Shown here: one piece after another, positions 27,035-37,010 of the stretch
Numbering within the stretch: position 1 is the stretch's first letter
Layout: every line of letters begins with the position of its first letter
Source: Hyalangium minutum
Lineage (GTDB): Bacteria > Myxococcota > Myxococcia > Myxococcales > Myxococcaceae
Length of the DNA: 64,000 bases
Assembly (NCBI RefSeq): GCF_000737315.1
Contig: NZ_JMCB01000013.1
Location: 372,001 to 436,000, forward strand
Reading direction: 5' to 3'
Translations under genes and position numbers: made by a program
The notes under the pieces: model-generated
The model's input: the letters and a program-made list of their open reading frames with translations, nothing else
Told to the model about the DNA's origin: nothing
Database searches by the model: none

Positions 27035-28630
27035 CTAGGTCAGCTCCCCGGCAATCTGCTCAGCGATGCGCAGGCCATCAATGGCTGAGGAAACGATACC
27101 TCCCGCGTAACCGCAACCCTCGCCGGCCGGGTAGAGCCCACGAAGCGACACAGAGTGGAGATCATCGCCTCGAGTGATGCGCACCGGCGAGCTGGTGCGG
27201 CTCTCGATGCCGATCAGCTTGCCCTCGTCGCTGATGAAGCCGCGCATCTTCCGATCAAAGCCGCGCAGGGCCTGCTTGATGGACTCGGTGAGGCGCTCGG
27301 GGAACAGGCGGTTCAAGTCCGCGTGCACCAGTCCCGGCCGGTAGCTGGTGCCGCCTGGCTCCTTCTTCACGCGCCGCGCCAGGTAGTCCGGGATCGTCTG
27401 CGCCGGAGCGAAGAAGCGGCCCTCGCCCAGCTCATATGCCTTCTTCTCCCAGTGGCGCTGGAACTCCAGCCCCGCCAGCGTTCCGTGGAAACCCTCGCGC
27501 TCGAAGTCCTGCACGGACACCGTGACGACGATGCCCGCGTTCGCGTACTTCGCGTTGCGCCGCGAGTTGCTCATGCCGTTGGTGCACTGCAGGCCGTCCT
27601 CGGTGGGCGTGGGCACCACGATGCCGCCCGGGCACATGCAGAACGAGTAGACGCCGCGCACCTCGCCATCGACCTCCAGGTTCTCCGCCAGCTTGTAGTC
27701 CGCTGGCGGCAGCTTCGGGTTCTTCGCCGCGTTCCCGTACTGGATGCTGTTGATCAGCCCCTGCGGGTGCTCCGCCCGGAAGCCCAGCGCGAACGGCTTG
27801 GCCTCGACGCTCACCCGCCCATCTTTCGCGAAGCGCTCGTACAGCTCGCGCGCCGAGTTGCCCGGTGCCAGCACCACCCGATCGCTCTCCAGCGTGCGCC
27901 CGTCCACCAGCTTCACGCCCGCCACCCGGCCGTCGCTGTAGAGCAGATCCTCCACCTTGTGCTCGAAGAGCACCTGACAGCCCCCGGCGATCAGCATGTC
28001 CCGGATGCGCGCCACCGCCCCCGGCAGCAGGTCCGAGCCGATGTGCGGCTTGCCCTCCACCAGGATGTGATCCGGCGCTCCGTACTGCGCGAACGTCTCG
28101 ATGACCTTGCGCACCATGGGGTGGTTGATGCGCGTAGAGAGCTTGCCGTCCGTGTAGGCCCCAGCACCGCCCTCGCCGAAGTTCATGTTGCTCTCCGGGT
28201 CCAGCGAGCCGTCGCGCATCAGCTTCGCCACGTCCTTGCGGCGAGTCACCACCTCGCGCCCGCGCTCCAGCAGGATGCTCCGCACCCCGCGCTCCAGCAG
28301 CCCCAGCGCGCAGAACAGCCCCGCGGGGCCCGTGCCGATGATGAGCGGCCAGCGCTCCGGCTCCTTCACGCGCGGCAGCGGCTCGGGCGGCGGAGGCGCC
28401 TCGCCCACATCCGGAGGCAGGCGCGCGGGCTTCCGTCCCGGCACCAGCGTGACTTCGAGTGTATAGATGTAGCGGGGGCTGCCCTTCTTCCGGGCATCCA
28501 GCACCGAGCGCACCACGCGCACCGAGGCCAGATCGGACCGGGTGACTCCCAGCTTCTCGGCCGCTCGCTCGCCGAGCAGCTCCTCCGGCTCGTCCAGCCA
28601 CAGCCCGATGTTGTTGATGCGGTACGCCAT
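27035..28630 (-). CDS. Conserved FAD/NAD(P)-dependent oxidoreductase
   Basis: IIGTGPAG, FGEGGAGAYTDGKL, PHIGSD, FCMCPGG, LYPAGEGCGYAGGIVSSA. Confidence 0.9.
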   Translation of the reverse strand: MAYRINNIGLWLDEPEELLGERAAEKLGVTRSDLASVRVVRSVLDARKKGSPRYIYTLEVTLVPGRKPARLPPDVGEAPPPPEPLPRVKEPERWPLIIGTGPAGLFCALGLLERGVRSILLERGREVVTRRKDVAKLMRDGSLDPESNMNFGEGGAGAYTDGKLSTRINHPMVRKVIETFAQYGAPDHILVEGKPHIGSDLLPGAVARIRDMLIAGGCQVLFEHKVEDLLYSDGRVAGVKLVDGRTLESDRVVLAPGNSARELYERFAKDGRVSVEAKPFALGFRAEHPQGLINSIQYGNAAKNPKLPPADYKLAENLEVDGEVRGVYSFCMCPGGIVVPTPTEDGLQCTNGMSNSRRNAKYANAGIVVTVSVQDFEREGFHGTLAGLEFQRHWEKKAYELGEGRFFAPAQTIPDYLARRVKKEPGGTSYRPGLVHADLNRLFPERLTESIKQALRGFDRKMRGFISDEGKLIGIESRTSSPVRITRGDDLHSVSLRGLYPAGEGCGYAGGIVSSAIDGLRIAEQIAGELT

Positions 28631-28871
28631 GTGCGCTCGTCTCCCTGCTGTGGGGCGCGTATCCCTGGCCCTGGGACAGAATGCAAGCCCTTGAAAACAC
28701 AGGCTGTTACCAGGGCTTGGGTGTGTACCCTGTTATGCACCCCTTGCCGGTAAACCCAGGAATGCACAGGGGGGTGCGAAGCCTGCTTCGCATCCTCCCG
28801 GAGCCCTGCGGAGCCCCCGGCCTTCGTTAACCGTCCGCAGATCATGAGGAATCCGGCAAGTGCTCGTTCGC

Positions 28872-28886
28872 TGGCACGGGGATTGA
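28872..28886 (+). promoter_or_regulatory. Possible sigma54 -24/-12 promoter
   Basis: TGGCAC-GGGGA-TTGA; correct spacing but GA instead of GC at -12. Confidence 0.3.
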
Positions 28887-28896
28887 ACCCTGTAGC

Positions 28897-29145
28897 ATGC
28901 GAGTTGACGCAGTCCCCTCATTTTTTGGAGATACCTCCTTGAGCACCGACCAAAAGGGTCCCCGGATTCTGGCGCGCACCTTCTTCGCGCAGCTGCGTTC
29001 CACGGGCTACACGCCCCAGCAGATCATCGGCGTGGCCACGGAGCTGCTCGATCTGGTGACGGAGGAGCTCAAGCAGGGTGAGAAGTCGGAGGATGTTGCC
29101 CAGGTGACGGCCGAGACGGCCCCGGGTTGGCAGCCTCGCGTCTAG
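28897..29145 (+). CDS. Small conserved hypothetical protein (start may be TTG at 28939)
   Basis: GC3-biased ORF RILARTFFAQLRSTGYTPQQIIGVATELLDLVT; GGAG upstream of the TTG. Confidence 0.7.
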   Translation: MRVDAVPSFFGDTSLSTDQKGPRILARTFFAQLRSTGYTPQQIIGVATELLDLVTEELKQGEKSEDVAQVTAETAPGWQPRV

Positions 29146-29213
29146 GGGCGTAGGGTCCCTCTTGCATCCCTAGCGGGCGAGCGAGTTCCGGACGGGTTCC
29201 GGGGCTCTCGCCC

Positions 29214-29903
29214 CTAGGTTTGGTGCGAAACCGGCGACGAGCCGGTTTTTTTTTGCCCCAGGGCCTCGCGGCGCCGGGTGCGCGCCGCGGCTCCCGCGAT
29301 CACGAGCAGGCCCGCGGTGAGCGCGGTGAAGACAGAGCTGGCGGTGCGCGTGGCCTGCAGCCCCAAGAGCACGGCGGCCACCACGAAGGCGGCCACGTCC
29401 ACCCAGGCGGGCCGGGAGCGTGGCAGCACGAGCAGCGTGACGCAGGCGGTGAAGGGCAGGCCGAGGGCCACCTGCCGCGCGATCTGCGGTCCGCTGTTGA
29501 GCACGACGCTCCAGTTGTGCACGAGCAGCGCGGCGAAGATGACCACGGTGCCGAACGCCAGCACCATGACGCCCGCGGCGGCTGCGTCCTTGGCGAGCCG
29601 GGCCTTCTCGTCGAACTGCTGGACGGCGAGATCCACCAGGTGCTCGAGCGCGCTGTTGAGGATCTCCGCGAAGAAGATGAGGAGGACGCAGAAGATGAGC
29701 GTCACCTTCTCGGCGAGCCCCAGGGGGATGCCGCTGCCCACCAGCCCCACGAGCACGGCGGAGACGAGGTGGACGCGCATGTTGCGCTGGTGGACGACCG
29801 TGTGGATGAGCCCCGTCCATGCATAGCGGAAAGATGCGAGCAGTCCCACGCCGCCGCGAGACGGGAACGGGGTGCGAGGAGGGGCCGGATCGTTCATAGG
29901 CAA
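29214..29903 (-). CDS. Prokaryotic diacylglycerol kinase family protein with extra C-terminal TM helices
   Basis: SFRYAWTGL, QRNMRVH, AEILNSALEHLVD, AKDAAAAGV. Confidence 0.85.
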   Translation of the reverse strand: MPMNDPAPPRTPFPSRGGVGLLASFRYAWTGLIHTVVHQRNMRVHLVSAVLVGLVGSGIPLGLAEKVTLIFCVLLIFFAEILNSALEHLVDLAVQQFDEKARLAKDAAAAGVMVLAFGTVVIFAALLVHNWSVVLNSGPQIARQVALGLPFTACVTLLVLPRSRPAWVDVAAFVVAAVLLGLQATRTASSVFTALTAGLLVIAGAAARTRRREALGQKKTGSSPVSHQT

Positions 29904-29984
29904 GCGGTGGGGCAGGGTAGCATTCGCGGGCCGGATTGCCGTGCTCGCGCGAGGGCCGTTGGAGTCCTATGGTCCGCGCCCAGC

Positions 29985-32792
29985 ATGGCACGTCTTCTCT
30001 CTCTCTCGTGTTCGAGCTTGATCTGTGTGCTGCTCCCCGCGCTGGCCGGGGCCCAGCCCATGCCCTTCGAGGCGCCCCAGGACTGCGGTCTGGAGCCTCC
30101 CGGGGCTGTGTATGTCCCACTGCCGGAACCCCGGTCCTATGAGGCGAGCATGAAGGAGGCGGCCTCGCTGCCCCTCGTCCGCCGGGAGGACCGGGATGGG
30201 GCGCGTGGGGCCGCCTCGGGGCTGCCACAGACCCGGATGCGAGGTGGGGCGCTGTCCGGGAAGACGGTGTACCTGAGCCCCGGACATGGCTTCTTCCGGA
30301 GCGCTCCGCTGGCGCGCTGGGCGACGCAGCGGGACAACACGAACGACATTGTCGAGGACCTGGTCTCCGCCGAGACGCTCAGCCAGTACCTGTTGCCCAT
30401 GCTGATGAGCGCGGGGGCCCGGGTCGTCCCGGTGCGCGAGACGGACTTCAACCCTCGGATGGTCATCGTCAACAACGGCGACCCGGAGTACTCGGAGACC
30501 GGGACCGAGTCCCTCTTCAGCTCCGCCACGGTACCGGGGTGGGGGCCTCCGCCCTCGCCGATGGCGAACGACGTGCGGCCCTTCGACCTGGGCGGGAGCC
30601 GGCTGATGGCCGTGTCCCCCAATCCAACGGCCTCGGCCTCGTGGGTGCCGCGCATCCCCGCGGACGGCAGCTACTACGTCTATGTCTCCTACGCGGCGGA
30701 GCCCTCACGGGTGCATGACGCGCACTTCGTGGTGAAGCACGCGGGGGGAGAGACCCACTTCCGCGTCGACCAGCGCCGCCACGGTGGGACGTGGGTGATG
30801 CTCGGCCGGTTCTACTTCCGGGCGGGGCAGAGCCCGGAGAAGGGGGCCGTGCTGGCGCTCAACGACTCGACGGGGACGGGCACTGTCTCCCTGGATGCGG
30901 TGCGAATCGGCGGCGGCTCGGGCTTGATTGGCGACGCGACCATGGGGCCGCTGGACCGGCCTCGCTACGAGGAGTGCGCGCGCTACCACGTGCAGTTCAA
31001 TGGGGCGCCCGCCTCGGTGTTCGCGCCCACGGGCGCCAATGGGCTGTCCAACGAGCGCACCAGCGACGTCAGCGCGCGCTCTCGCTTCGCGGCCTGGGAT
31101 CACGAGGACGGTGAGGACGCCATCTACGTTGCGTGGCACACCAATGCCGTGAACGCCACCGTCGTGGGCACGGAGGTCTACGTCTATGGGCCCAATCCCG
31201 TGGACGGCACGCTCAACTTCACGGGCGTGGATGGGAGTCTGGAGCTGGGCACCGCGATTCGCGCCGAGCTGGAGAAGGACTTCAAGGCCGCCGTGGATCC
31301 GAACTGGAGGGTGCGGAACCTGCGCTCGGCCGACCTGGGCGAGGTGAACCCGAGGCACAACCCAGAGACGCCCGCCGTGCTCCTGGAGATCGCCTACCAC
31401 GATGCAAAAGCGGACGCGGATCGCTTGAAGGAGCCGGAGTTCCGCCGGATCGCCGCGCGCGCCATCCTGCAGGGCATCATCAAGTACTTCGCCACGAAGG
31501 ACGGCAAGACCGTGCAGCTGCCGCCGGAGCCTCCCACCGTGGTGGCGGCGCGCAACGTGACGGGCGGAGTGGAGGTGCGCTGGTCGCCTCCGGCGACGGA
31601 CTCCATCGATCTGGGTGGGTACGCAGCCTCGGCCTACCGGGTCTACCAGAGCGAGGACGGGCTGGCCTGGGACGAGGGCACGGAGGAGACGGGTGTCTCG
31701 CACACCTTCAACCTCCCGGAGGGCACCACGCGCTACTTCCGCGTCGCGGCGATCAACCAGGGCGGTGAGTCCTTCCCGTCGGACACCGTGGGCGCCCGGG
31801 TGGGCACGGCGCCGCCTGCGCTCATCATCCATGCGTTCGATCGGCTGGACGCGACCATGGATCGGCCCGAGGACCTGTCGCGCTTTGGCCTCAACTCTCC
31901 GCTGCGGATGATCCTGGAGACCATGAACGATGGCTCCTCCGTGCGCCGGCATGGGGCAGCGGTCGCCAAGCACGCGGTGGCCTTCGACAGCGCGACGAAC
32001 GAGGCCGTCGCTGCCGGGTTTGTGAGCCTCTCCAACTATCGGCTCGTGGACTGGTTCACCGGCCGGGGAGGCACGGGCGGCGCGGCTCCCTCCCGGGCCG
32101 AGCAGGACGGGTTGCGCACCTTCGTTCAGAGCGGGGGGCACCTGCTCTTCTCTGGCAGCAACGTGGCGTCCCGGCTCGCCGCGGGGGATGCGGACGATCA
32201 GGCGTTCCTCGCCGAGATCCTCCGCGCGGCGGTGGGCAGTGGCTCGTCCTCGCTGCTCGTGGAGGGGCAGCCGGGCGACTGGCTCTCCGCTGCCATGGAG
32301 CTCCAGCTTGATGACGGCACGCGGGGCGGGCTCGCGGTGGGCATTCCCGATGTCCTCGCACCCGCCGCGGGAGGGACCTCCGTGCTGCGCTACACCGGCA
32401 CGGATCTGTCGGCCGGCATCTCCTCGGCGCCCAATGGCGAGGTGCTCTTCCTCACCGTGCCTTTGGAGGGACTCGTGAGCCCGCTTCGGCGCGAGTACGT
32501 GGTGGGCACCTTCCTGGCGCGCGCGGGCCTGCTCGCCACGGCTCCCCCAGCGCCGGGGAATGATCCCGTTCCGCCGGATCCTGGGCCTCCCAATCAATGG
32601 ACTCCCGCCACGGGCAAGGACCCTCGGCCTCCTGATCCCCCTCCGCCCCCTCCGGACTACATCGTGGACCTGCTGCCCCAGTTCTACGAAGGAGCCGACA
32701 CCGGTTGCGGTTGTGGCGTGGGCAGCGGGTCTGCCTCGGTGGCGTGGCTGTTGCTGCTCGTTACTGTTCAGCGAGGCCGCCGCCGCCGGTAA
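29985..32792 (+). CDS. N-acetylmuramoyl-L-alanine amidase with golvesin-like and Fn3 domains and a MYXO-CTERM anchor
   Basis: Signal peptide from ATG at 29985; VYLSPGHG, WHTNA, LLEIAYHD; VDQRRHGGTWVMLG; C-terminal GCGCG..LLLL..RGRRRR. Confidence 0.85.
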   Translation: MARLLSLSCSSLICVLLPALAGAQPMPFEAPQDCGLEPPGAVYVPLPEPRSYEASMKEAASLPLVRREDRDGARGAASGLPQTRMRGGALSGKTVYLSPGHGFFRSAPLARWATQRDNTNDIVEDLVSAETLSQYLLPMLMSAGARVVPVRETDFNPRMVIVNNGDPEYSETGTESLFSSATVPGWGPPPSPMANDVRPFDLGGSRLMAVSPNPTASASWVPRIPADGSYYVYVSYAAEPSRVHDAHFVVKHAGGETHFRVDQRRHGGTWVMLGRFYFRAGQSPEKGAVLALNDSTGTGTVSLDAVRIGGGSGLIGDATMGPLDRPRYEECARYHVQFNGAPASVFAPTGANGLSNERTSDVSARSRFAAWDHEDGEDAIYVAWHTNAVNATVVGTEVYVYGPNPVDGTLNFTGVDGSLELGTAIRAELEKDFKAAVDPNWRVRNLRSADLGEVNPRHNPETPAVLLEIAYHDAKADADRLKEPEFRRIAARAILQGIIKYFATKDGKTVQLPPEPPTVVAARNVTGGVEVRWSPPATDSIDLGGYAASAYRVYQSEDGLAWDEGTEETGVSHTFNLPEGTTRYFRVAAINQGGESFPSDTVGARVGTAPPALIIHAFDRLDATMDRPEDLSRFGLNSPLRMILETMNDGSSVRRHGAAVAKHAVAFDSATNEAVAAGFVSLSNYRLVDWFTGRGGTGGAAPSRAEQDGLRTFVQSGGHLLFSGSNVASRLAAGDADDQAFLAEILRAAVGSGSSSLLVEGQPGDWLSAAMELQLDDGTRGGLAVGIPDVLAPAAGGTSVLRYTGTDLSAGISSAPNGEVLFLTVPLEGLVSPLRREYVVGTFLARAGLLATAPPAPGNDPVPPDPGPPNQWTPATGKDPRPPDPPPPPPDYIVDLLPQFYEGADTGCGCGVGSGSASVAWLLLLVTVQRGRRRR

Positions 32793-32809
32793 ACACTGCA
32801 TTCTGAGCG

Positions 32810-32838
32810 TTGACTCGGGTGCGGCGTGTGCCTACGGT
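32810..32838 (+). promoter_or_regulatory. sigma70-type promoter candidate for gap-pgk-tpiA
   Basis: TTGACT-N17-TACGGT, about 70 bp upstream of the gap ATG. Confidence 0.45.
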
Positions 32839-32907
32839 CGGCCGCCCTTTGCTCGTCACGTGGGTGCTCAGCCCACCTTTTGGACTTATCCAAGGAGACT
32901 TACAGAC

Positions 32908-33921
32908 ATGGCCATCAAGATCGGCATCAACGGGTTTGGTCGTATCGGCCGCTGCGTGCTGCGCGCGGTGCTTGCTCGCCAGGAGAAGGACATCGAGGTC
33001 GTCGCCATCAACGATCTCGACAAGCCGGCGGCGCTGGCCCACCTGTTCAAGTACGACTCCGTGCACCGCACCTGGCCGGGCCAGGTGAAGGCGCAGGACA
33101 AGGCCATCGTCGTGGACGGTCACACCATCGCCGTCACCGCCGAGAAGGACCCGACGGCGCTGCCCTGGAAGTCGCTGGGCGTGGACATCGTCCTGGAGTG
33201 CACCGGCCGCTTCACCGCGCGCGAGGGCTCCGAGAAGCACCTCACGGCGGGCGCCAAGAAGGTCATCGTCTCCGCGCCGGCCAAGGGCCCGGACCTGACG
33301 ATCGCCTACGGCATCAACCACGACCAGTACGATCCGAAGAAGCACCACATCATCTCCAACGCCTCGTGCACCACCAACTGCCTGGCGCCGGTGGCCAAGA
33401 CGCTGCTGGACACCTTCGGCATCGAGAAGGGCCTGATGACCACGGTGCACAGCTACACCAATGACCAGCGCGTGCTGGACCTGTCCCACGAGGACATGCG
33501 CCGCGCCCGCGCCGCTGCCCTGTCGATGATCCCCACCAGCACCGGTGCGGCGAAGGCGATCGGCGAGGTGCTGCCGGCGCTGAAGGGCAAGATGCACGGC
33601 ATCTCCATCCGCGTGCCGACCCCGAACGTGTCCCTGGTGGACCTGACGGTGGTGACGAGCAAGCCGGCCACCGAGGACGCGCTGAAGGATGCGTTCCGGA
33701 AGACCGCCGAGGGCTCGCTCAAGGGCATCATGCAGTACAACGACGAGCAGACGGTCTCCATCGACTACAACGGCAACCCGCACTCGGCGATCTTCGACTC
33801 CACCAACGCCTTCGTCATGGGTGAGAACCTGGTGAAGGTGATGGCGTGGTACGACAACGAGTGGGGCTTCTCCAACCGCATGGTGGACACCGCCAAGTTC
33901 CTCGCGGCCAAGGGCTTCTAG
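32908..33921 (+). CDS. gap: Glyceraldehyde-3-phosphate dehydrogenase
   Basis: INGFGRIGR, SNASCTTNCLAP, WYDNEWG; RBS AAGGAG. Confidence 0.98.
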   Translation: MAIKIGINGFGRIGRCVLRAVLARQEKDIEVVAINDLDKPAALAHLFKYDSVHRTWPGQVKAQDKAIVVDGHTIAVTAEKDPTALPWKSLGVDIVLECTGRFTAREGSEKHLTAGAKKVIVSAPAKGPDLTIAYGINHDQYDPKKHHIISNASCTTNCLAPVAKTLLDTFGIEKGLMTTVHSYTNDQRVLDLSHEDMRRARAAALSMIPTSTGAAKAIGEVLPALKGKMHGISIRVPTPNVSLVDLTVVTSKPATEDALKDAFRKTAEGSLKGIMQYNDEQTVSIDYNGNPHSAIFDSTNAFVMGENLVKVMAWYDNEWGFSNRMVDTAKFLAAKGF

Positions 33922-33959
33922 TCCACAGGCACCCAGGGCACCGAGAGGGAGACCGAGAG

Positions 33960-35150
33960 ATGATTCGCTACATTGATGACCTGCAGCTGACGGGCAAGCG
34001 CGTCTTCATCCGCGTGGACTTCAACGTCCCGCTGGAGGGCAAGCGCGTCACCGACGACACCCGTATCCGGGAGGCGCTGCCGACCATCCGCCGCGCGCTG
34101 GAGATGGGCGGCAAGGTCATCCTGGCCTCCCACCTCGGGCGCCCCAAGGGCGGGCCGGACCCGAAGTTCACGCTGGAGCCGGCCGCCTCGAAGCTGGCCG
34201 AGCTGCTCGGCCCCAAGCACGAAGTCATCCTCGCGGATGACTGCGTGGGCGACGCGGTGAAGAAGCAGGTGAAGGAGCTCAAGGACGGGCAGGTGCTGGT
34301 GCTGGAGAACCTGCGCTTCCACAAGGAGGAGGAGGCCAATGACGAGGCCTTCTCGCGCGAGCTGGCCTCGCTGGCGGACGTCTACGTCAACGACGCGTTC
34401 GGCACCGCCCACCGCGCCCATGCCTCCACCGCGGGCATGGCGGCCTTCGTGAAGGAGAAGGCGGCCGGTCTGCTGATGAAGAAGGAGATCGAGTACCTGG
34501 GCCGCGTGCTGAAGAACCCGGAGAAGCCCTTCGTGGCCATCCTGGGTGGCTCCAAGGTGAGCGACAAGATCAAGGTCATCGAGAACCTGCTGCCCAAGGT
34601 GGACGCGCTGCTCATTGGCGGGGCCATGGCGTACACGTTCCTGAAGGTGCAGGGCGCGGACGTGGGCAAGAGCCGGGTGGAGGAGGACAAGCTGGCGCTG
34701 GCCACGAAGATCCTCGACGCGGCGGCGCGGCTGAAGACGCCCATCGTCCTGCCGGTGGACCACGTGGTGGGCAACGCGCTGACGGAGCAGAGCATCAAGC
34801 AGGAGACGCCGGACCGGAACATCCCGGCGGACCTGATGGGCCTGGACATCGGCCCGAAGACGCGGGCGCAGTTCACCCAGCACATCCGCAACGCGAAGAC
34901 GGTGGTGTGGAACGGCCCCATGGGCCTGTTCGAGGTGGACAAGTTCGCCGAGGGCACCAAGGTGGTGGCCGATGCCATGGCCAACAACCGTGCGGCGGTG
35001 ACGGTGATTGGCGGCGGTGACAGCGCGGCGGCGGTGCAGCAGATGGGCTACGGGGACAAGATGACCCACGTGTCCACGGGCGGTGGCGCGTCACTCGAGT
35101 TCCTCGAGGGCATCCAGCTGCCGGGCATCAAGGCCCTGGAGACGAAGTAG
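33960..35150 (+). CDS. pgk: Phosphoglycerate kinase
   Basis: [34 protein letters not shown]. Confidence 0.98.
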   Translation: MIRYIDDLQLTGKRVFIRVDFNVPLEGKRVTDDTRIREALPTIRRALEMGGKVILASHLGRPKGGPDPKFTLEPAASKLAELLGPKHEVILADDCVGDAVKKQVKELKDGQVLVLENLRFHKEEEANDEAFSRELASLADVYVNDAFGTAHRAHASTAGMAAFVKEKAAGLLMKKEIEYLGRVLKNPEKPFVAILGGSKVSDKIKVIENLLPKVDALLIGGAMAYTFLKVQGADVGKSRVEEDKLALATKILDAAARLKTPIVLPVDHVVGNALTEQSIKQETPDRNIPADLMGLDIGPKTRAQFTQHIRNAKTVVWNGPMGLFEVDKFAEGTKVVADAMANNRAAVTVIGGGDSAAAVQQMGYGDKMTHVSTGGGASLEFLEGIQLPGIKALETK

Positions 35151-35175
35151 TCCCCCCCACCCGTCAGGAGAAGCC

Positions 35176-35946
35176 ATGGCCACCGAGCCCCGCCGGAAGA
35201 TCGTTGCAGGCAACTGGAAGATGAACAAGACGGTCCCCGAGGCGCTGGCGCTGGTGCGCGAGCTGCGGGGCATGGTGTCGGTGCTGCGCGACAAGGTGGA
35301 GATCGTGCTGGCTCCGCCGTTCGTGGCGCTGCACCCGGTGGCCAAGGCCATCGAGGACTCGAACCTGAAGCTGGCGGCGCAGAACTGCCACTGGGAGGCC
35401 TCGGGGGCGTTCACCGGCGAGGTGTCCGCGCCGATGCTGAAGGAGCTCGGGTGCTCGTATGTGATTCTCGGGCACTCGGAGCGCCGGCAGTTCTTCGGCG
35501 AGACGGACGAGACGGTGAACAAGCGGGCGCAGGCCGTGCTGAAGGCGGGCCTGTTGCCCATCCTCTGCGTGGGCGAGACGCTGGCCGAGCGCGAGGCGGG
35601 CCGCACCCTGGAGGTGGTGGAGCGGCAGGTGAAGGGCGGCCTGGCGGGCTTCGGCGCCGGGGACGTGGCCCAGTTCGTCCTGGCCTACGAGCCGGTGTGG
35701 GCCATTGGGACGGGCCGGACGGCGACGACGGCGCAGGCGCAGGAGGTCCACGCGGCCATCCGGGCGCAGCTGGGGCGGCTGTACGACGGTGGGACGGCCG
35801 AGCAGGTTCGGATCCAGTACGGCGGGAGCGTGAAGCCGGACAACGCCGCGGAATTGCTGGGACAGAAGGACGTGGACGGGGCCCTGGTGGGTGGGGCGAG
35901 CCTGAAGGCGGGAGACTTCGCGGCCATCGTCAAGGCGGGGGCTTGA
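35176..35946 (+). CDS. tpiA: Triosephosphate isomerase
   Basis: [38 protein letters not shown]. Confidence 0.98.
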   Translation: MATEPRRKIVAGNWKMNKTVPEALALVRELRGMVSVLRDKVEIVLAPPFVALHPVAKAIEDSNLKLAAQNCHWEASGAFTGEVSAPMLKELGCSYVILGHSERRQFFGETDETVNKRAQAVLKAGLLPILCVGETLAEREAGRTLEVVERQVKGGLAGFGAGDVAQFVLAYEPVWAIGTGRTATTAQAQEVHAAIRAQLGRLYDGGTAEQVRIQYGGSVKPDNAAELLGQKDVDGALVGGASLKAGDFAAIVKAGA

Positions 35947-36038
35947 GAGGAAGGGTGGGGCGCGCGAAGGAGTTGCTACCCCACTGTCCGGTTGTGTAGG
36001 GTGCGCGTCCTTTACAACGCGCTTTTGAAAGAGAAGCC

Positions 36039-36497
36039 ATGCTGACCTTCTTCACGATCGTGCACGTCCTGCTCTGCGTGTTCATGATCTTCGTCATCCT
36101 GCTGCAGCCCGGTAAGGACGCGGGCATGGGCGCTGCGCTCGGTGGTGGAGCGGCGACCAGCGCGTTCGGCGGCCGGGGCGCGGTGACGTTCCTGAGCAAG
36201 CTGACGGGTGTGTGCGCGGCGCTGTTCTTCCTGACGTCGCTGGGCCTGTCGTTCGTGGGCCTGAAGACATCGGTGGCGGCGGGCACGGCTCCCAAGCCGG
36301 CGGCCACGGCTCCGGCGACGCCGGGTGCGGCGCCTGCGGGCGCGGCGACGGATGCGGCGGCGCCTGCTGGGACGCCTGCGGCTCCGGCGAGCGTGGAGCA
36401 GCCGCGCGAGGCGGCTCCGGCGGCGACCGAGACGGCTCCGGCGGGTGCGGCTCCGGCGGCTCCGGCCCCGGCGCAGCCTGCGGCTCCGCAGCAGTAG
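36039..36497 (+). CDS. secG: Preprotein translocase subunit SecG with long Ala/Pro-rich tail
   Basis: ILLQPGKDAGMGAALGGG..FGGRG..FLSKLT; canonical position between tpiA and tRNA-Leu. Confidence 0.95.
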   Translation: MLTFFTIVHVLLCVFMIFVILLQPGKDAGMGAALGGGAATSAFGGRGAVTFLSKLTGVCAALFFLTSLGLSFVGLKTSVAAGTAPKPAATAPATPGAAPAGAATDAAAPAGTPAAPASVEQPREAAPAATETAPAGAAPAAPAPAQPAAPQQ

Positions 36498-36573
36498 GAA
36501 GAAAGAGGGGAGCGCAGCGGTTGAAAACCGTTGCGAGACCCAGCGTGGTCAGATAGATGGACCGCGCAGAAAC

Positions 36574-36655
36574 GCCCAGGTGGTGGAACTGGTAGACACA
36601 CCATCTTGAGGGGGTGGCGCCGAAAGGTGTGCGGGTTCGAATCCCGCCCTGGGCA
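36574..36655 (+). tRNA. tRNA-Leu(GAG), CCA not encoded
   Basis: GCCCAGG/CCTGGGC acceptor stem, GGTAGAC D loop, CCATC-TTGAGGG-GGTGG anticodon arm, long variable arm, GGTTCGAATCC T loop. Confidence 0.97.
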
Positions 36656-36663
36656 CTCCGAAA

Positions 36664-36697
36664 GAGCCTCCGAGTCGAAAGACTCGGGGGCTTTTTT
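36664..36697 (+). terminator. Rho-independent terminator after tRNA-Leu
   Basis: AGCCTCCGAGTC-GAAA-GACTCGGGGGCT followed by a T-run. Confidence 0.85.
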
Positions 36698-36705
36698 AGT
36701 TCCGG

Positions 36706-36819
36706 GAGCCGCGAGCCAACCAGTTGGCTGTACCGTCATGGCTCACCAGTGAGCCCTCAGAGCCGCGAGCCAACCAGTTGGCTGTGCCGTCATGGCTCAC
36801 CGGTGAGCCCTCAGAGCCG
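36706..36819 (+). repeat. Two 54-bp direct repeats, each with two 16-bp palindromes
   Basis: Units start at 36706 and 36760 and differ at 2 positions; each has AGCCAAC-CA-GTTGGCT and GGCTCAC-C(A/G)-GTGAGCC. Confidence 0.95.
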
Positions 36820-37010
36820 GATCCTGATCTTCGTTTCAGGCCGCCGCCTTCTGGCGATGGGACGTTCTTGATGCCATTCCATCCGCCGCCGTACTCTGAA
36901 AACGGCTGGGAGACTCCGCCTTCCGCCGCCCTGGAGCCCTAAACGGATGAGCGACGAGATATTTATGGTCCAAAAGGTCGCGGCTTTGGCGCGTCGTGAG
37001 GTGAGCGGTC

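Noticed and set aside
29220-29984. N-terminal extension of the amidase ORF (1190 aa)
   Set aside because: Antisense to dgkA; the signal peptide begins at ATG 29985.
36706-36819. CRISPR array
   Set aside because: Only two units, near-identical over the whole 54 bp with no unique spacers; no cas genes in the window.
36724-36942. 72-aa ORF with ANQLAVPSWLTxEP repeats as a real protein
   Set aside because: The peptide repeat follows simply from the DNA palindromes; there is no RBS or family motif, so I treat it as non-coding.
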